A DNA stretch of 64,000 nucleotides from Dicyema japonicum (lineage: Eukaryota > Animalia > Dicyemida), in assembly GCA_011109175.1 (NCBI GenBank), contig RDEW01000025.1, forward strand, positions 155,990-219,989, written 5' to 3'. A program made the position numbers and the translations under genes. Under the pieces are notes generated by a model. That model saw only the letters and a list, made by a program, of their open reading frames with translations. It did no database searches and was not told the DNA's origin. Shown one piece after another: positions 13,160 to 26,094 of this stretch; the first letter of the stretch is position 1, and each line of letters starts with the position of its first letter.

Positions 13160-13603
13160 ATGTTAATCAAGGACAATACCCTTGCGAACATTTTTAACAG
13201 GACTCCCCTCCAAAGCTACGGGATAAAAGTCGTGTACGACTCCCAGTTTTTGATTTCAACATTAAAGAAGATAGAATGTGAAAAAAGATTGTCCTTGCAA
13301 AAATTAAACACTCGAATAACTTCACTCAAAAACTTTCTTGAAGACATTCCGAAGCTTAGTGAAAAGCGAAAAAGTTGGCTGAAAAAGCACGTGTCACTTT
13401 CAAAGGATCAGGAATTATTTGAGAGAAAAAAATTTTCAGTCCAGTATAAGTCAACCAATTCGTTTAATTTCAGAAGATCTTCTTGTCCTCCTGTGAAAGT
13501 GGTCCCCCCTGCCCTCACAGTGCGGAAACCTTCACATGTCGTTATCCAGGCAAGACATTCTGTTGATTTGCATCAAAAGATCAATAAGTCTCAAAAGTGG
13601 TGA
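13160..13603 (+). CDS. Orphan 147-aa basic protein, copy 1
   Basis: Uninterrupted ORF kept in both duplication units; pyrimidine-rich AG (tttcaatttcag) ends 2 nt before the ATG; no recognisable domain. Confidence 0.45.
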   Translation: MLIKDNTLANIFNRTPLQSYGIKVVYDSQFLISTLKKIECEKRLSLQKLNTRITSLKNFLEDIPKLSEKRKSWLKKHVSLSKDQELFERKKFSVQYKSTNSFNFRRSSCPPVKVVPPALTVRKPSHVVIQARHSVDLHQKINKSQKW

Positions 13604-14344
13604 TTCAAAGTTAATAGAATGTATTAATTGATTTATTTTAACAATATAATTTAAAGTACATTTTTTTATTAATGATAATCTGAGGTTTTTTGTCATTTTG
13701 AGAATCAATGAATTATTCCCGAGAGACGAGGTGTAGTTATTCCTACTCGTCCCAGTAAAGCCCTCAGCTGGTTCTGTATTTTTTCCTTTGATACCACACA
13801 AGCATGTGATGGAGGGAGAACTGACCGGGGTAATGGGTACCGTCTCCATATAGACGAATTAGGGTTTCCTGAATGTTTGGTGGATTCTTTTTTTGTATTT
13901 TCCCAGAAGGTGGTAGATTGTTCATTCTTAATGACTATTTTTTCTTTCTCACTACATTAGAGATTCCTATAACTGCAAAGACTAGATGTTTTCATCCCCC
14001 TCCGGAGGTTCTGGGTCGATTTGTGTGATATTAAAAGGTCTCTTAAAACCTCTCGAATTCCTCATTTTGTGACTTTCTAAAAAGTGGGGATACAAAAATT
14101 TTAGAATGTGAAGCCAATTCAAAAGTTTATAGTGATTTTTTGCATTATGTGGCATTTATGGTGGATTCGAGAAATTTTACTGTATTGAATGAAAATCTGG
14201 TGTTGAGATTTTTCTATTATTTTGTACATAACAAATTCTGCTTTGTTCACTGTTAAAGTCTCTGAGAGGACAATTCTGATTTATTAATTTTACAATTAGA
14301 TTAAAGTACATTTATATAAAGCTAATCGAAAGTTATTATTAAAA

Positions 14345-14835
14345 CCCAGTCAAGTGAAATTAAAAAAAGTTGACTTTTTTCCAAAAAACAAGTGCATTTA
14401 TTCCAGCACTCCAATGAGTTTTTCTAGACTGACAGTGTCGAAGGCTAGTCTTTGAACTTTTAAATCTTTACTGAATAACGCAATACCAACTATGAGTCAC
14501 CATTGTACATCCGCTGTTGATCCCCCAGTCCTGAAACTACTTTTGTTTTGGTCCAAGTATCCGTTCACTGGCCCTTGAATCATATTAAATATGATCAGGG
14601 CGTGGATCTTCCGCAGGGTGTTCAGAAAGATGACAGGGTGTAACTATTCAACCGTTCCGGGTGGTTTATTTCCGTTCTGGACTGGTGTTAGTACCCGTTT
14701 TCCAAGTTCTGAAAAGTCCTTGTTTGCAATCATGGCATTCAGCAATCTTGAGAGTTCTTATAACAATTCTTAAGATATGTTGTTTGTCTCGGAGTGCGAC
14801 CAAATTTGAGCTTCTTTATCGCCCAGGAGACCACC
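14345..14835 (-). mobile_element. RTE/RTEX-like LINE RT fragment
   Basis: PVIFLNTLRKIH...SFRTGGSTADVQW...AFDTVSLEKLI. Confidence 0.7.
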
Positions 14836-14839
14836 TCTA

Positions 14840-15180
14840 CCTAATGTAAAATGAATTGTCTAATTGTGGTAGTGGAGTGGTTAGTGCTGTCGAGATTAAT
14901 TGCAAGTACGATTACCTCTCCTCTTTGCCTTCTTCAATTCCTAATAGGCAACAAGTGATCCATCTGGTCAAGGAGATATCCAGTGCTTGGTTGGGATCCA
15001 AAAAGGATCTCGCTCTTCCCTACTCTACTGAGGGAAATTCATATTGGTGGATATGGATGTACTTGATGTTTGGAATAATGCGTCGCACTCCGACAATGGA
15101 GAAAAGTACCTACTTTTGTAGCAAAGATCAAACCACTCTCCATACCAACCAACTACCAAACTGTTTGCTTAGTGATGACT
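14840..15180 (-). mobile_element. Possible Gypsy integrase C-terminal remnant (copy at 27610-27950)
   Basis: ERF...PYSRVGKSEILFGSQPST loosely matches the TPHxTTGxSPAELLFGR motif. Confidence 0.3.
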
Positions 15181-15275
15181 ACGAACACAAATATGTTTTT
15201 AAAAAAGTTATTTTATTTTAAAATTAATAAAATTATGAAATTTGTTAGTAAGACAAAATTTAATTCAAGAAATTA

Positions 15276-15785
15276 TTATTTCTTTTTCTTAGGTGCTACT
15301 AAAAAACAAATTTAAATTTACTTATTTTGGGTTTATATGAACCGTTCGTCGTACTTTTTCTTAATTTAGCGACAGCATTGACATTTAAAATTTTAAGCTA
15401 AAATGACTTAATTATTCTTTTTTCTAGCATACCTTCTTCTTTACAGTAGTCTCGGGCTTCTTTACCTTCAACTGTTCATCCTCACTATCCGATGCATCGA
15501 ATATATTCTCAGGTGGACTCCCGGTTAGAATTTCACTAAAATTTATCACTTTTTTATTTATCATCTAAGAACCCGACGTTTTTTTATCATCACATCTTTT
15601 TGCCAACCTTAACCACTGCTTCCTGTTATTTTGAATTCCTGCCAGCAACGGTGTTAGTGCAGGCTCCAGCTTAGAAAATGCCTAAATTCAAATTTGATGG
15701 CAATACTTCGTAAACGGCCATACAAACTCCGTCAATAAATCCGACTTGCATTTTCGGAAGATCCCTCTTTTTATCTCGATTCATC
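15276..15785 (-). pseudogene. Orphaned 3' exons of the PDE gene at the duplication junction
   Basis: [26 protein letters not shown] and downstream exons; near-identical to 28041-28551. Confidence 0.85.
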
Positions 15786-16409
15786 GAAGAAATATTTTTT
15801 ATCTGAAAATTAATTTACTTTTTAGATTTATAAAAAAACAATTAAACAACCACTAAAACTTACTAATTTTACATTTTTTTAAATAAATTAAATTTTAATA
15901 CTCAAGATTATTTAAACTAAAGTTTATTGCACGAAACCAACTACACCTGTCGGATCTCTTGAAAAGTCCGGTCTTGGCTGTGACGTTCTCGTTAGCCATA
16001 AGTTTTTTCACTCGAAAGGACTGGGGTAAATAAATGAATAATAAATAAATTAAAGCGCAAATCAATCTTTAACTACCGTTTGTAAAATCCTTAAAGGCCT
16101 GATCCAATGAATTTTTAAAATGATCTTTCCAATAACAAGCCCATCCAATCATTGTTTTTGAAATTCTTTCAGGAATGATCCAGTGAAGTAAAAGACTTAA
16201 AAAATCGAAAATTTAAGTTGACTCCATTGCAATTAGGCACAGCTATGTATCTAAAATGGGGGTGTCTTTAAATATTTACAGAATGACTGAGATAAGTTTT
16301 CTGTTGATAAATGGAGACGAATTCAATTAGTTTCATTTAAGAAAACACTCGAAACTTTTGTAGTTGTTAATTCAATCGTCGAATCAGTCACTTCCTGCTT
16401 CTACGATAA

Positions 16410-16757
16410 TAATAAATAATAATAATAATAATTAAGCACTACCGCGTTGCCATAAGCACGTAAGATGCCTAGGGTTTTGATCGTGCTGAACACACTTTTT
16501 TAAGTCAAGAACAGTTATTATAACTAATCGTAGAGGGAGAACCAAGGAATGCTCTTCGCTTCTTTGTTTTCTTTTTTTTGTGTGTATGTCCTTTTGACTA
16601 TCCAGTTCCGCAGTGAATCTCCACTGATGACGGCGTCACTCGTCAAGCCCTTTCCGCATCGTAGATGCGTGGAACCTTCCACCAGGTGAACAGCAGCGAG
16701 AATCGAACCAGTGACCTAAGCAACTTTAGCCCGACACCTAATTACTATGCCACTTCT
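16410..16757 (-). mobile_element. tRNA-derived SINE, copy C with (ATT)n tail
   Basis: A box tggcatagtaat, B box ggttcgattc, shared body, 3' extension ending in ttattattatt. Confidence 0.75.
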
Positions 16758-17015
16758 ACGATAAGCAAGATATAGGGTTTCTCAACTTTAGCGTAACTAA
16801 ATTTTTTAAGGGTAAAAACAAAATTTTATAACTAAAAACCAACTTTTATTAATTTTCTCATTTTCAACACCTCTAAAACATATAATTTTCCATGTACTGA
16901 ATAAATTCTCAACTGAATTGATAAATAGCGAGTAAGGGGTAATGGAAAGTGGAGATTGTGCGTATAATGATAAATACAGACATTATAAAAATTTTGGGAC
17001 TTAAATTCCCTCTTA

Positions 17016-17125
17016 CCTGCACATTGAAAAGTATTTTGTGGCACAACCTTGCCATATCAAGTTCAGTGGTAACATCCTTGACAATCTCTTCGAACAAGTC
17101 CGGGAAGCTCATGGACTCCAATCTG
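17016..17125 (-). pseudogene. Isolated copy of a PDE GAF-region exon
   Basis: [37 protein letters not shown]; near-identical to 30770-30880, with unrelated flanks. Confidence 0.85.
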
Positions 17126-17181
17126 GTCAAAATTGTTGGTTTATATGATTTTGAAGATAAGTTATCGTTTCTTCTTTATTG

Positions 17182-18600
17182 ACTCGTTTTATATTGGAAA
17201 GATTCTAAATGAGTGGAGTTCAATGGTGAAGAATATCTTGGGAGACGACGATGTTACTCAAATCAACGCAATCTCACTCGGAACAAAAAATGGAAAAATT
17301 ACCTTGGTGCCTCCACCTGGTTTTTCCCGAAGCAGCACTATACTATGCCCAATTTATTCACTTTGGTTTACGTAAAAGGGAACTACGTGTGAAATGTATT
17401 GAATGTTATTAAAACAACCTATTCTAACGGACCGGATAAAATCCAAGTGATCCTTCTAAAGAATCTTGGGATTATGGAATCGCTCCACTAACGGTGATAT
17501 TCAATTACCCTATTAACAAAAATTCTATTCCAGTCTTATGATAGCTTGCTCAACTACCCCCAATTTTGAAACCCGGAAAAATGAAGAAGGATTCGTCTTC
17601 ATACAGGCTGGTCGCGTTATTGTGTTCATTTTCGAAAGGCTGGTTCTAGCAAAAAACAAAGATTTTCTCTCGGACTTTTAATTTCAACATGGTTTTAAAG
17701 AAGAGAGGTCTACTCCGACCCATTCAAGACACACGAAGACTGTACTTTGCTCCATTGATGTACATAAAGCTTTCGACTCTGTGATAAGGAGGATTCATAC
17801 TTGGAAAATTTTCCAAAAAAGATCCCTGGAATGCGCAACTCTGGTTACCTACGTACTAAACGGTCGGAGGAGACGCATCTGTATTAGACAGTCAAGATCT
17901 ATTTCTTGGCTTCTTCCGAATGGTGTCCCCAAAAGGATCCACAATTAGTATTCGACCTATTCATGATGATCTCTCCACACCGGAAGTCGGAAATTATATT
18001 CTTCTGACTTATGCCTATAACGTTGTCATCACGTCACGTGATCGGAACATCCAGATTAATACTTTGAGATTGCAAAAAAATCTGGACTGCCTAAACGAAT
18101 GGTTACTGAAGAACATCCTGTCTACCAGCACTGAGAACTCCATCACAACTCGCTTCACATCAGACAAGAGACATGGAAGACGGACGGTCTATTTAAAAGC
18201 AAACAATGGTGTCATTTCGTTTAGAAAATTTCAAAATATCCTTGGAATGTTATTTTGACATTTTATTTCCCCCATGTTGAAAATGTTATTAAAAATGTGA
18301 AAAAAAGACTAACCTATTGAGATTTCTCTCTTGCTTATGAAAAAGTCCATTCATTTATAAGATATGTTTTGAAGATCGAAGATAGTAGAAAAACAAAATT
18401 ACGGAACGATGGACTTCTGGAGAGTCCCAGTCTCTAATGCCATTAAAATCCATGATACGCATCAACCGGGAACGTGCTTTCATGGCTACGAATATCCAGT
18501 CATTTGGCCGATACTTGCTTGTGTGGGGTCGAGGGAGGATCATCGAACCATGCTGAGATTTCTACTATAGCGTGCTGGATTATGTGAATAGTTTGTTTGG
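17182..18600 (+). mobile_element. Duplicate of the Jockey/I-like LINE remnant
   Basis: Copy of 4890-6340. Confidence 0.8.
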
Positions 18601-18604
18601 TGTA

Positions 18605-19335
18605 AGTCTCATCATAAGGCTCTGACTCCACGCCTGGACCTTCCTCTTTTAAATTTTTTTAGAACGTTTCTCACAGTTTTGAGTGCTCCGTTTTTTATTT
18701 GTATCGCTGTATGTGTCCTGGATCCTTAATCTCCTCCTGAAACCATTGATCCGTCCTCCACAAACATTCTAATCGGTTTTAACAGCATATCTTCGTCCTA
18801 ACTTAGACAGTCTCTCAGTTTCATGTTTAAAGAAAGCTTAATTGCGGCTCTTCTTGTCTTTTCTAAAAGGAATAAGATCTTCTCCCTCTTCGGAAAGAAG
18901 AACCATCCACCTATAATGTAGGCTAGGTAGAATAACTCCCTTAAAAATGAAGAGGTAGGTGTCAAGGCTAACGTGTAACTTTCATGTATATAAGAGCGAC
19001 TGAAAAGCTCTCTTTCTCCTCCTCTTTATGTCGTCTATGTAATCTCCTGCGTAACTATAGTCGAGTCGCAGGTAGCGAAGACTGCGTGCATTTTTTACTC
19101 CCAATGTGTACTCTTGTTTCAAGTGCTTCTTCGTTAATTGTTGTGACATTGTGTCTATTGGGCCTACTACTCCCATTGAGCACGCAGTGGGAGTTTGCTC
19201 TCATGATCGCGAGCTCAATGTTCTGGAAGAGTCATCGCATAATTCTAGGCTCATCCTACGCAGTCTGCAAGCAGTCCGATTAACCTGATAAATTCTGACT
19301 TGCTCGGGCCAATAAAATCGACTCTCCTGAAATCG
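18605..19335 (-). mobile_element. Duplicate LINE RT C-terminal fragment
   Basis: Copy of 6345-7075. Confidence 0.55.
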
Positions 19336-19669
19336 CTATCCTGTAGAAACTAAGTTTTAATTTTGTTAAATCATTAAGAACGAAATATCACGGATAAAAA
19401 CTTTAAATTAAATGAAAAGTTGATTACTAAATTTTTTACAGTTAAAAAACTTAAAGTAACAAATCAACGGTCCTCGCAACATAATCGATGATAATTAATT
19501 GAATGTACGAACGTGACTGCATGAGTATTTCATCTCAAAACTGGAAGTGAAACTAAATTGAATCAGTAATAAATAAAATTAAGATATTGACGTTGCAAAT
19601 AACACTAAGCAGAAGCTACTAATAGACAGTGGCCATTTCCGCAACGATTACGTTTTCAAGGAACAGAAA

Positions 19670-20320
19670 ACGTAATAAAATAGAATGTGCTTGATTAGCA
19701 TCGTCTGGCTTGTCTTTGCATCACGAACGAGAGTAGAACTTGGCTCAGAACTTTACCATGTACCTCACTTGGGACACTATTAGATGACGACGCGACGAGG
19801 ATTGGAGTTTCCGTCCGCCTCGAAACGGATGTTTGTACCACACACCTGTCTAGATGTAGAAGAATGGTGGACGCGAAAGGTCTTCACGCTCTTTCCTGCC
19901 GGAGGAGCGCTAGAGGAGTCCTAGACACGCCGCAATAAATGGAGTTATTGCTTGGGGACTTGAGGTTGCAGGATTTCTTGTCCAATTGGAGCCGCTTAGA
20001 CTTGCTCAAGCCAATCGAAGACCGGACGGAACCACTCTTCCCACGGGAGAGTGATAAATACCTTGCCTGGGAGACACTTGTGTCGATATCCTCTCTCCCT
20101 CCAACCTTTCAACTACAACAACTAACCCAGGCTCTGCTTCGAAAAAGGCTGAGACCCTAAAGATAAAAATTACGCATGTCTTTAAGAACAATTCATCTTT
20201 AAACTAGTGGCTGTCGAAACGACAGAATCATTGGAAGCAGGTCACTGACCTTGCTGAACAGGATTGGTTCGCTCATCGCGAAGAAAAACGATAGGAGAGA
20301 AAAGAGGTGGATCATTGAGC
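19670..20320 (+). mobile_element. Duplicate CRE 3' fragment (3' end and tRNA-His deleted)
   Basis: Copy of 7410-8055, then jumps to the equivalent of ~8320. Confidence 0.85.
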
Positions 20321-21772
20321 CTTATAATCAACTTTTATTGCCTTATATCATATCAGATTGAAATATTTTTTTATAGTCTGAAATTCCCAGAGCGAGAGAT
20401 TTAAAAGTTGCATAATGTCGTTTGCCTTTATATATATATAAAACCAATCTATGTTGTGTTTGCAAAGACCGTCTATGAGATAAAATCTTTGTTGAAAATA
20501 ATAAGTTTGATAAATGACTTTTTGCTACCCGGAATTTATCCATTAAATACTGCGGATTTCTGTCAGAATCGTCGTAGCTGAAAGAGTGTTCTCTCAGGAT
20601 TTTCCCCTCAGCACTTTACTATTCAACTTTTATACGGTTGATATTTCACTACCGATACACAAATTATGGAATGGAAATCTCCTTTTTGTGGATACATCCG
20701 AACCTCTTATGTCTCCAATTCAAAAAAATTTTCGTACAAATACTTAGGAATTACATCAAAGAATAGGCAAATTCTGTGTGTCAAAGGTTTGACCATCTCA
20801 ACTGAGACAATAAACGCTCTGATAAATGAGATGTTATGGTAGAAGTATTTGTTAGAAAAAAGAGGGCTTTCCAATCTATTCTATTTATAAGAAAGCTAAA
20901 AATGGAAAATAGCTTTTCATCTTAATGTTAGTGCGTGTCATTATCCTGTCGCTTGTTCACGTATGTGAGGGCTGGTACTACTCCCACAGAAAAACTAGGT
21001 AATATGGCAGTTAGAGAAGACAAGAAGAGCGGCTATAAAAAACAAAACTACTGTTCTTAATCGCGTAAGAGACTGGTATAATCTAAAGTTGGACTCCCGA
21101 AGTATAAAATCTCTTAAACACATCTTTTCTGCATCTCTTCGTTAATAAATTTGTTAAAGCTAAAGCAACTAGAGGTTTAACTGTACCAATCGATGATGTG
21201 GCGATCAATGACCTAGAAAGTGGAAAGATCATTTTAAAAGGATAATTCATTGGATTTGTCCTTGAAAGTTTCTGGTTTCCGGTAAAGAAAATGACGTGCG
21301 AAATGTATTGAGTCATTAAAACAACCTATTCTAATAGACCGGATAAAATCCAAGTGATCCTTCTAAAGAATCTTGGGATTATGGAATCGCTGCATTAACG
21401 ATGTTATTCAACCACCCTATTAGTAAAAATTCTATTCCAGTCTTATGGTAGGTTGCTCACCGGCGACCAATTTGATACCTGGAAAATTGAAGAAGGATCC
21501 CACTTCATACAAACCGGTCGCGTTATTGTGTTTGTTGTCGAAAATGTTGGTTCTAGCAAAAAAGATTTTCTCTCGGTCTTTCAATTCAACATGGTTTTAA
21601 AAAGAGAGGTCTACTTCGACTATTAATCAGCCATGACTTACTCCATGCGACATGGTTTTTGCATAGTGTAGTGCTTTGGGCGCTAGAGTATAAAAAATAA
21701 TTTATTTAAAAAATGTCAAACTAACAAAAATCAAACAATTATGACTTTAAACCGTTAAACGAAGAAATTATA

Positions 21773-22940
21773 TTAAAGCATAGGAATACTTTCAATTTGA
21801 TCTACCACATTTCTTTGGCGTTTGTTGTAAACAACCCAAATAACTCCAATAATCGTAAGGACTACGACAGTAAGCGTAATTCCTATGATTTTATAATTTT
21901 TTGAATTATTAGACATATTATTTTTTGTAGAAATTTCTTTTTCAAAACACCCATAATCTAAATTCACCTTAATTCAAACTACTTCCGATGTAGCTAAAAA
22001 TCGAATCATTCCGAAAAACTTGAACTTTTGAATGATGAAAAATTAACGTGAAGATTATTATAATTAAAAATAAATATTTCACAATGATAAAAATTTCCCA
22101 CATCGACATATGTCTGATCATGGGGATACCAGGACTCAATATTTGCCGTGCACAAAACCAATTTTGAAATAAAATAATTATTTTGTGTCAAATTAAAAAT
22201 AAAAAATATATCGATAATGTGACTTTTTATATTCAACTTAATTCCATCGTTTTCATAATCAATGCTTAGGATTGTATGTTCTATAGAAAAAGTATGAAAT
22301 AGTGGCTATAATAAAATTTTGCAATTTACCATTATAGCATAGTTAATCTTGGCTACAATACGCCCACTTAATATAGCTTTGAGTTTATTTCCATCCATAA
22401 AATACCAAATTGGAACATTTGGATCGTTAGATGGATTACAGTCATGAGCTTTATTAAATTATATTCAAACCTCTTCCAGTTATATGATAATAAGAAGGTT
22501 TAGTTCTATATTGTACTATCAAAGAATATATTGTGACAGAATAGTCATTCTCCAAACTGGTGGAAGTATCTCCACATCTGTAATATTCTCCATTTTTGAT
22601 TTCTATGATTTTTATTGAATTTGTGTAGGTTTTATTATCTTTGATGATTTAAAATTAAATTACTGGAGTTTAATTCAATTTTCATTTTTATGTAATAGAA
22701 TTCCTTAGAAGGTTGAATGATCAGTTCGATATTTAAATTGTGTTTTTTGATTTCACACTGCAATTTATCTTCGTAAGTATCATAATAGATTCTAAATACA
22801 TCAAATATTATCTATTTTTGAGAATTATAAAATACATTCTTTTGTATATTTGTCAAAAAACAATCTCCATACCATTTCATACTATGTAGATCAAACTTAG
22901 ATGCAATTTTGGTGATCAATGACAAAAATATTAACAACAT
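21773..22940 (-). pseudogene. LAMP-like type I membrane protein, copy 3
   Basis: MLLIFLSLITKIASKF; 24-nt intron 1; GEYYRCGDTSTSLENDYSVTIYSLIVQY...AHDC; C-terminal half nearly identical to copy 2; at least one frameshift. Confidence 0.62.
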
Positions 22941-24899
22941 AAAATGTTAATGAACACGTCAATGATTATTATTAGGTCACTTGCTATGTTGATAATTTAA
23001 TAAAAATTAATTTTTTATTTATTTTAAATATTTCTACATTTATTTATAAAGGAAAAAGAAAATTTTGTTAAAAAAGTAATAAAAATTAAGTTAGTTGTTA
23101 TGACAATGTTCCCATTATGCCCTGCAGAAGTAACCTCTTATTATAGCGATCCCAATGTTCTGGAAGAGCCATTGCGTCGTTCTAGGTTCACCATTCAGGA
23201 GTCTGCAAGCCGCACGATTAACTTAAAAACCAGACGTGCTCGGGTCAATAACGTCTGTCCTCTCAACAGAGATTGGCTGGAAAGCGAATCTGTCCCCAAT
23301 ACCGCTGTACTTTTCTTCTTTCAAATCTTTAGCAGTACTCGCGAGGTACCTGCGAATCATTATATTAAGCTACTGTTCCTTGCCACCATAATAAAAGTTA
23401 TTGAGAAAATACAGCAATATACCGCCTAAATTTTAAATTGTCTTAACCGGAACAGCCTGGAATCTAAATTGTTGCAGGAGTTATTTGTACTTCTGAGCAT
23501 GGACGAAGTGACTCTCTAGGAAGACACTAGAAACAAAGAAAGTGTCAGGATTACCTAGAATTAGGATACGAATCTCTTTCACTCCAAAATTAAAAAACAA
23601 ACTTGAAAGGTCATCTGTCCGAAGTTGAGCGTATATAATGATTGTTAATTTAATTCTCGAATGTGTTCTTAATGATAATAAATAAACTGCGGTCTGAGAT
23701 AGGGTTTTTTCGTCGAAATGAGAATCACTTCAATCAAAGTAATACACACTGATCGATATGAACAAACTTTTTAGTTTTATTAAGACAAGTAGTTATTTAG
23801 AAAAAATTATAAGCGATTTATTATCTTAAAATGAAATTAAAAAAATAAAAAATCCATTTCTCTCGAATCCGACACTGTTAAATTTCCAAAAATGGCGAAT
23901 TCTGAGGTTTTATTGTAAATTATAAAATTTGTGTGAATCTGTTTGTAGTATTGATTATTAAAATATAAGATAATTTTTTCACACGTCCAGATCCAGTCGG
24001 AAGAGTTTGAAAAGTCAATAATTTTAAAATGAACTATAAATGACATTTTATCATTAAATCGAAGCTTGAAACAAGTTGATTAATTTCTTTGTTCTATTAT
24101 TAACATACGATAACATACACAGCCACAACAACGTGTAATATTTAAATCCATTTGTTTAATAAATACAAAAGGTGAAAATTAATTAATCCCAAAATCGGTT
24201 ATGTGGTGTACCCCATGTCTGAGTGGTACGCATCCTTTCTAAGCATCGCGGCCATCTATATCCGCCTTAGTGAGAATTAATTTAGAAATCAATTTTTTTA
24301 AAATATACGTGAGCTGTTTGAGTATGTTGTGGGATGAGCATCGGGCCAAGATGAGTTTGATTTTACCACGATCTTTGGAAATCTCATTTATTCAAAAATA
24401 CTGAGTTTCAATTTTTGGCTACACCAAATTACCTTATCGGTCCCGTTGGAGCATTCGTCCTTGGCTTTTTCTTTCCTATTAGCCATCGGTTTTCCATACT
24501 CGTAAATGTCAATATTGCCTTTAAAAAATCAATTCAAAAAATGACTAATTTGTTATAGTTACGATCTGTTACTAACAGCAATTAATGCCGGTTCAATATC
24601 GATCTTCAACTCCACCACATTCAAAATCGCTAAGCTCACTCTTGCTCACGTGTTTGTACCATACTTCATTCTAAGCTCTAAAAATGTTTATTAATCATCA
24701 GAATCTCATAGTGGGCGATCTAAATTGGCAAGGAATTAGATTAGGTTAGGGATGGGGACAGCTGAAATTTGTCTTGAAGGGCCTGGATTCTTCACTAGGG
24801 TTTCCCCAACCGGTTAATCTACGATAAGTTGAACATACGACTATCTAACGACCGCAAACAACTATAAAATGAAAATCTGCGTACATTTCAATTTCAGAT

Positions 24900-25343
24900 A
24901 TGTTAATCAAGGACGATACCCTTGCGAACATTTTTAACAGGACTCCCCTCCAAACCTACGGGATAAAAGTCGTGTACGACTCCCAGTTTTTGATGTCAAC
25001 ATTGAAGAAGATAGAATGTGAAAAAAGATTGTCCTTGCAAAAATTAAACACTCGAATAACTTCACTCAAAAACTTTCTTGAAGACATTCCGAAGCTTAGT
25101 GAAAAGCGAAAAAGTTGGCTGAAAAAACACGTGTCTCTTTCAAAGGATCAGGAATTATTTGAGAGAAAAAAATTTTCAGTCCAGTATAAGCCAACCAATT
25201 CGTTTCATTTCAGAAGATTTTCTTGTCCTCCTGTGAAAGTGGTCCCCCCTGCCCTCACAGTGCGGAAACCTTCACATGTCGTTATCCAGGCAAGACATTC
25301 TGTTGATTTGCATCAAAAGATCAATAAGTCTCAAAAGTGGTGA
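24900..25343 (+). CDS. Orphan 147-aa basic protein, copy 2
   Basis: Intact duplicate of 13160-13603. Confidence 0.45.
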   Translation: MLIKDDTLANIFNRTPLQTYGIKVVYDSQFLMSTLKKIECEKRLSLQKLNTRITSLKNFLEDIPKLSEKRKSWLKKHVSLSKDQELFERKKFSVQYKPTNSFHFRRFSCPPVKVVPPALTVRKPSHVVIQARHSVDLHQKINKSQKW

Positions 25344-26094
25344 TTCAAAGTTAATAGAATGTATTAATTGATTTATTTTAACAATATAATTTAAAGTACA
25401 TTTTTTTATATTAATGATAATCTGAGGTTTTGTCATAGTTTGAGAATCAATGAATTATTCCCGAAAGACGAGGTGTAGTTATTCCTAATCGTCCCAGTAA
25501 AGCCCTCAGCTGGTTCTGTATTCTTCCTTTGATACCACACAAGCATGTGCTGGAGGGAGAACTGACCGGGGTAATGGGTACCGTCTCCATTTAGACGAAT
25601 TAGAATTTCCTGAATGTTTGGTGGATTCTTTTTTTGTATTTTCCCAGAAGGTGGTAGATTGTTCATTCTTAATGACTATTTTCTCTTTCTCACTCCATTA
25701 GAGCTTCCTATAACTGCAAAGACTAGATGTTTTCATCCCCCTCCGGAGGTTCTGGGTCGATTTGTGTGATATTAAAAGGTCTCTTAACCTCTCAATTCCT
25801 CATTTTGTGACTTTCTAAAAAGTGGGGGATACAAAAATTTTAGAATGTGAGGCCAATTCAAAAAGTTTATAGTGATTTTTTGCATTATGTGGCATTTATG
25901 GTGGATTCGAGAAATTTTACTGTATTGAATGAAAATCTGGTGTTGAGATTTTTCTATTGTTTTGTACATAAAAATTCTGCTTTGTTCACTGTTAAAGTCT
26001 CTGAGAGGACAATTCTGATTTATTAATTTTACAATTAGATTAAAGTACATTTATATAAAGCTAATCGAAAGTTATTATTAAAACCCAGTCAAGT

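Larger units (their letters stand above)
2505..15785. repeat. Segmental tandem duplication, unit 1 (~13.3 kb)
   Basis: Colinear high identity with 15787-28551 (e.g. 2519 vs 15800, 4890 vs 17185, ORF 13160 vs 24900, 15785 vs 28551), with unit-specific indels. Confidence 0.92.
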
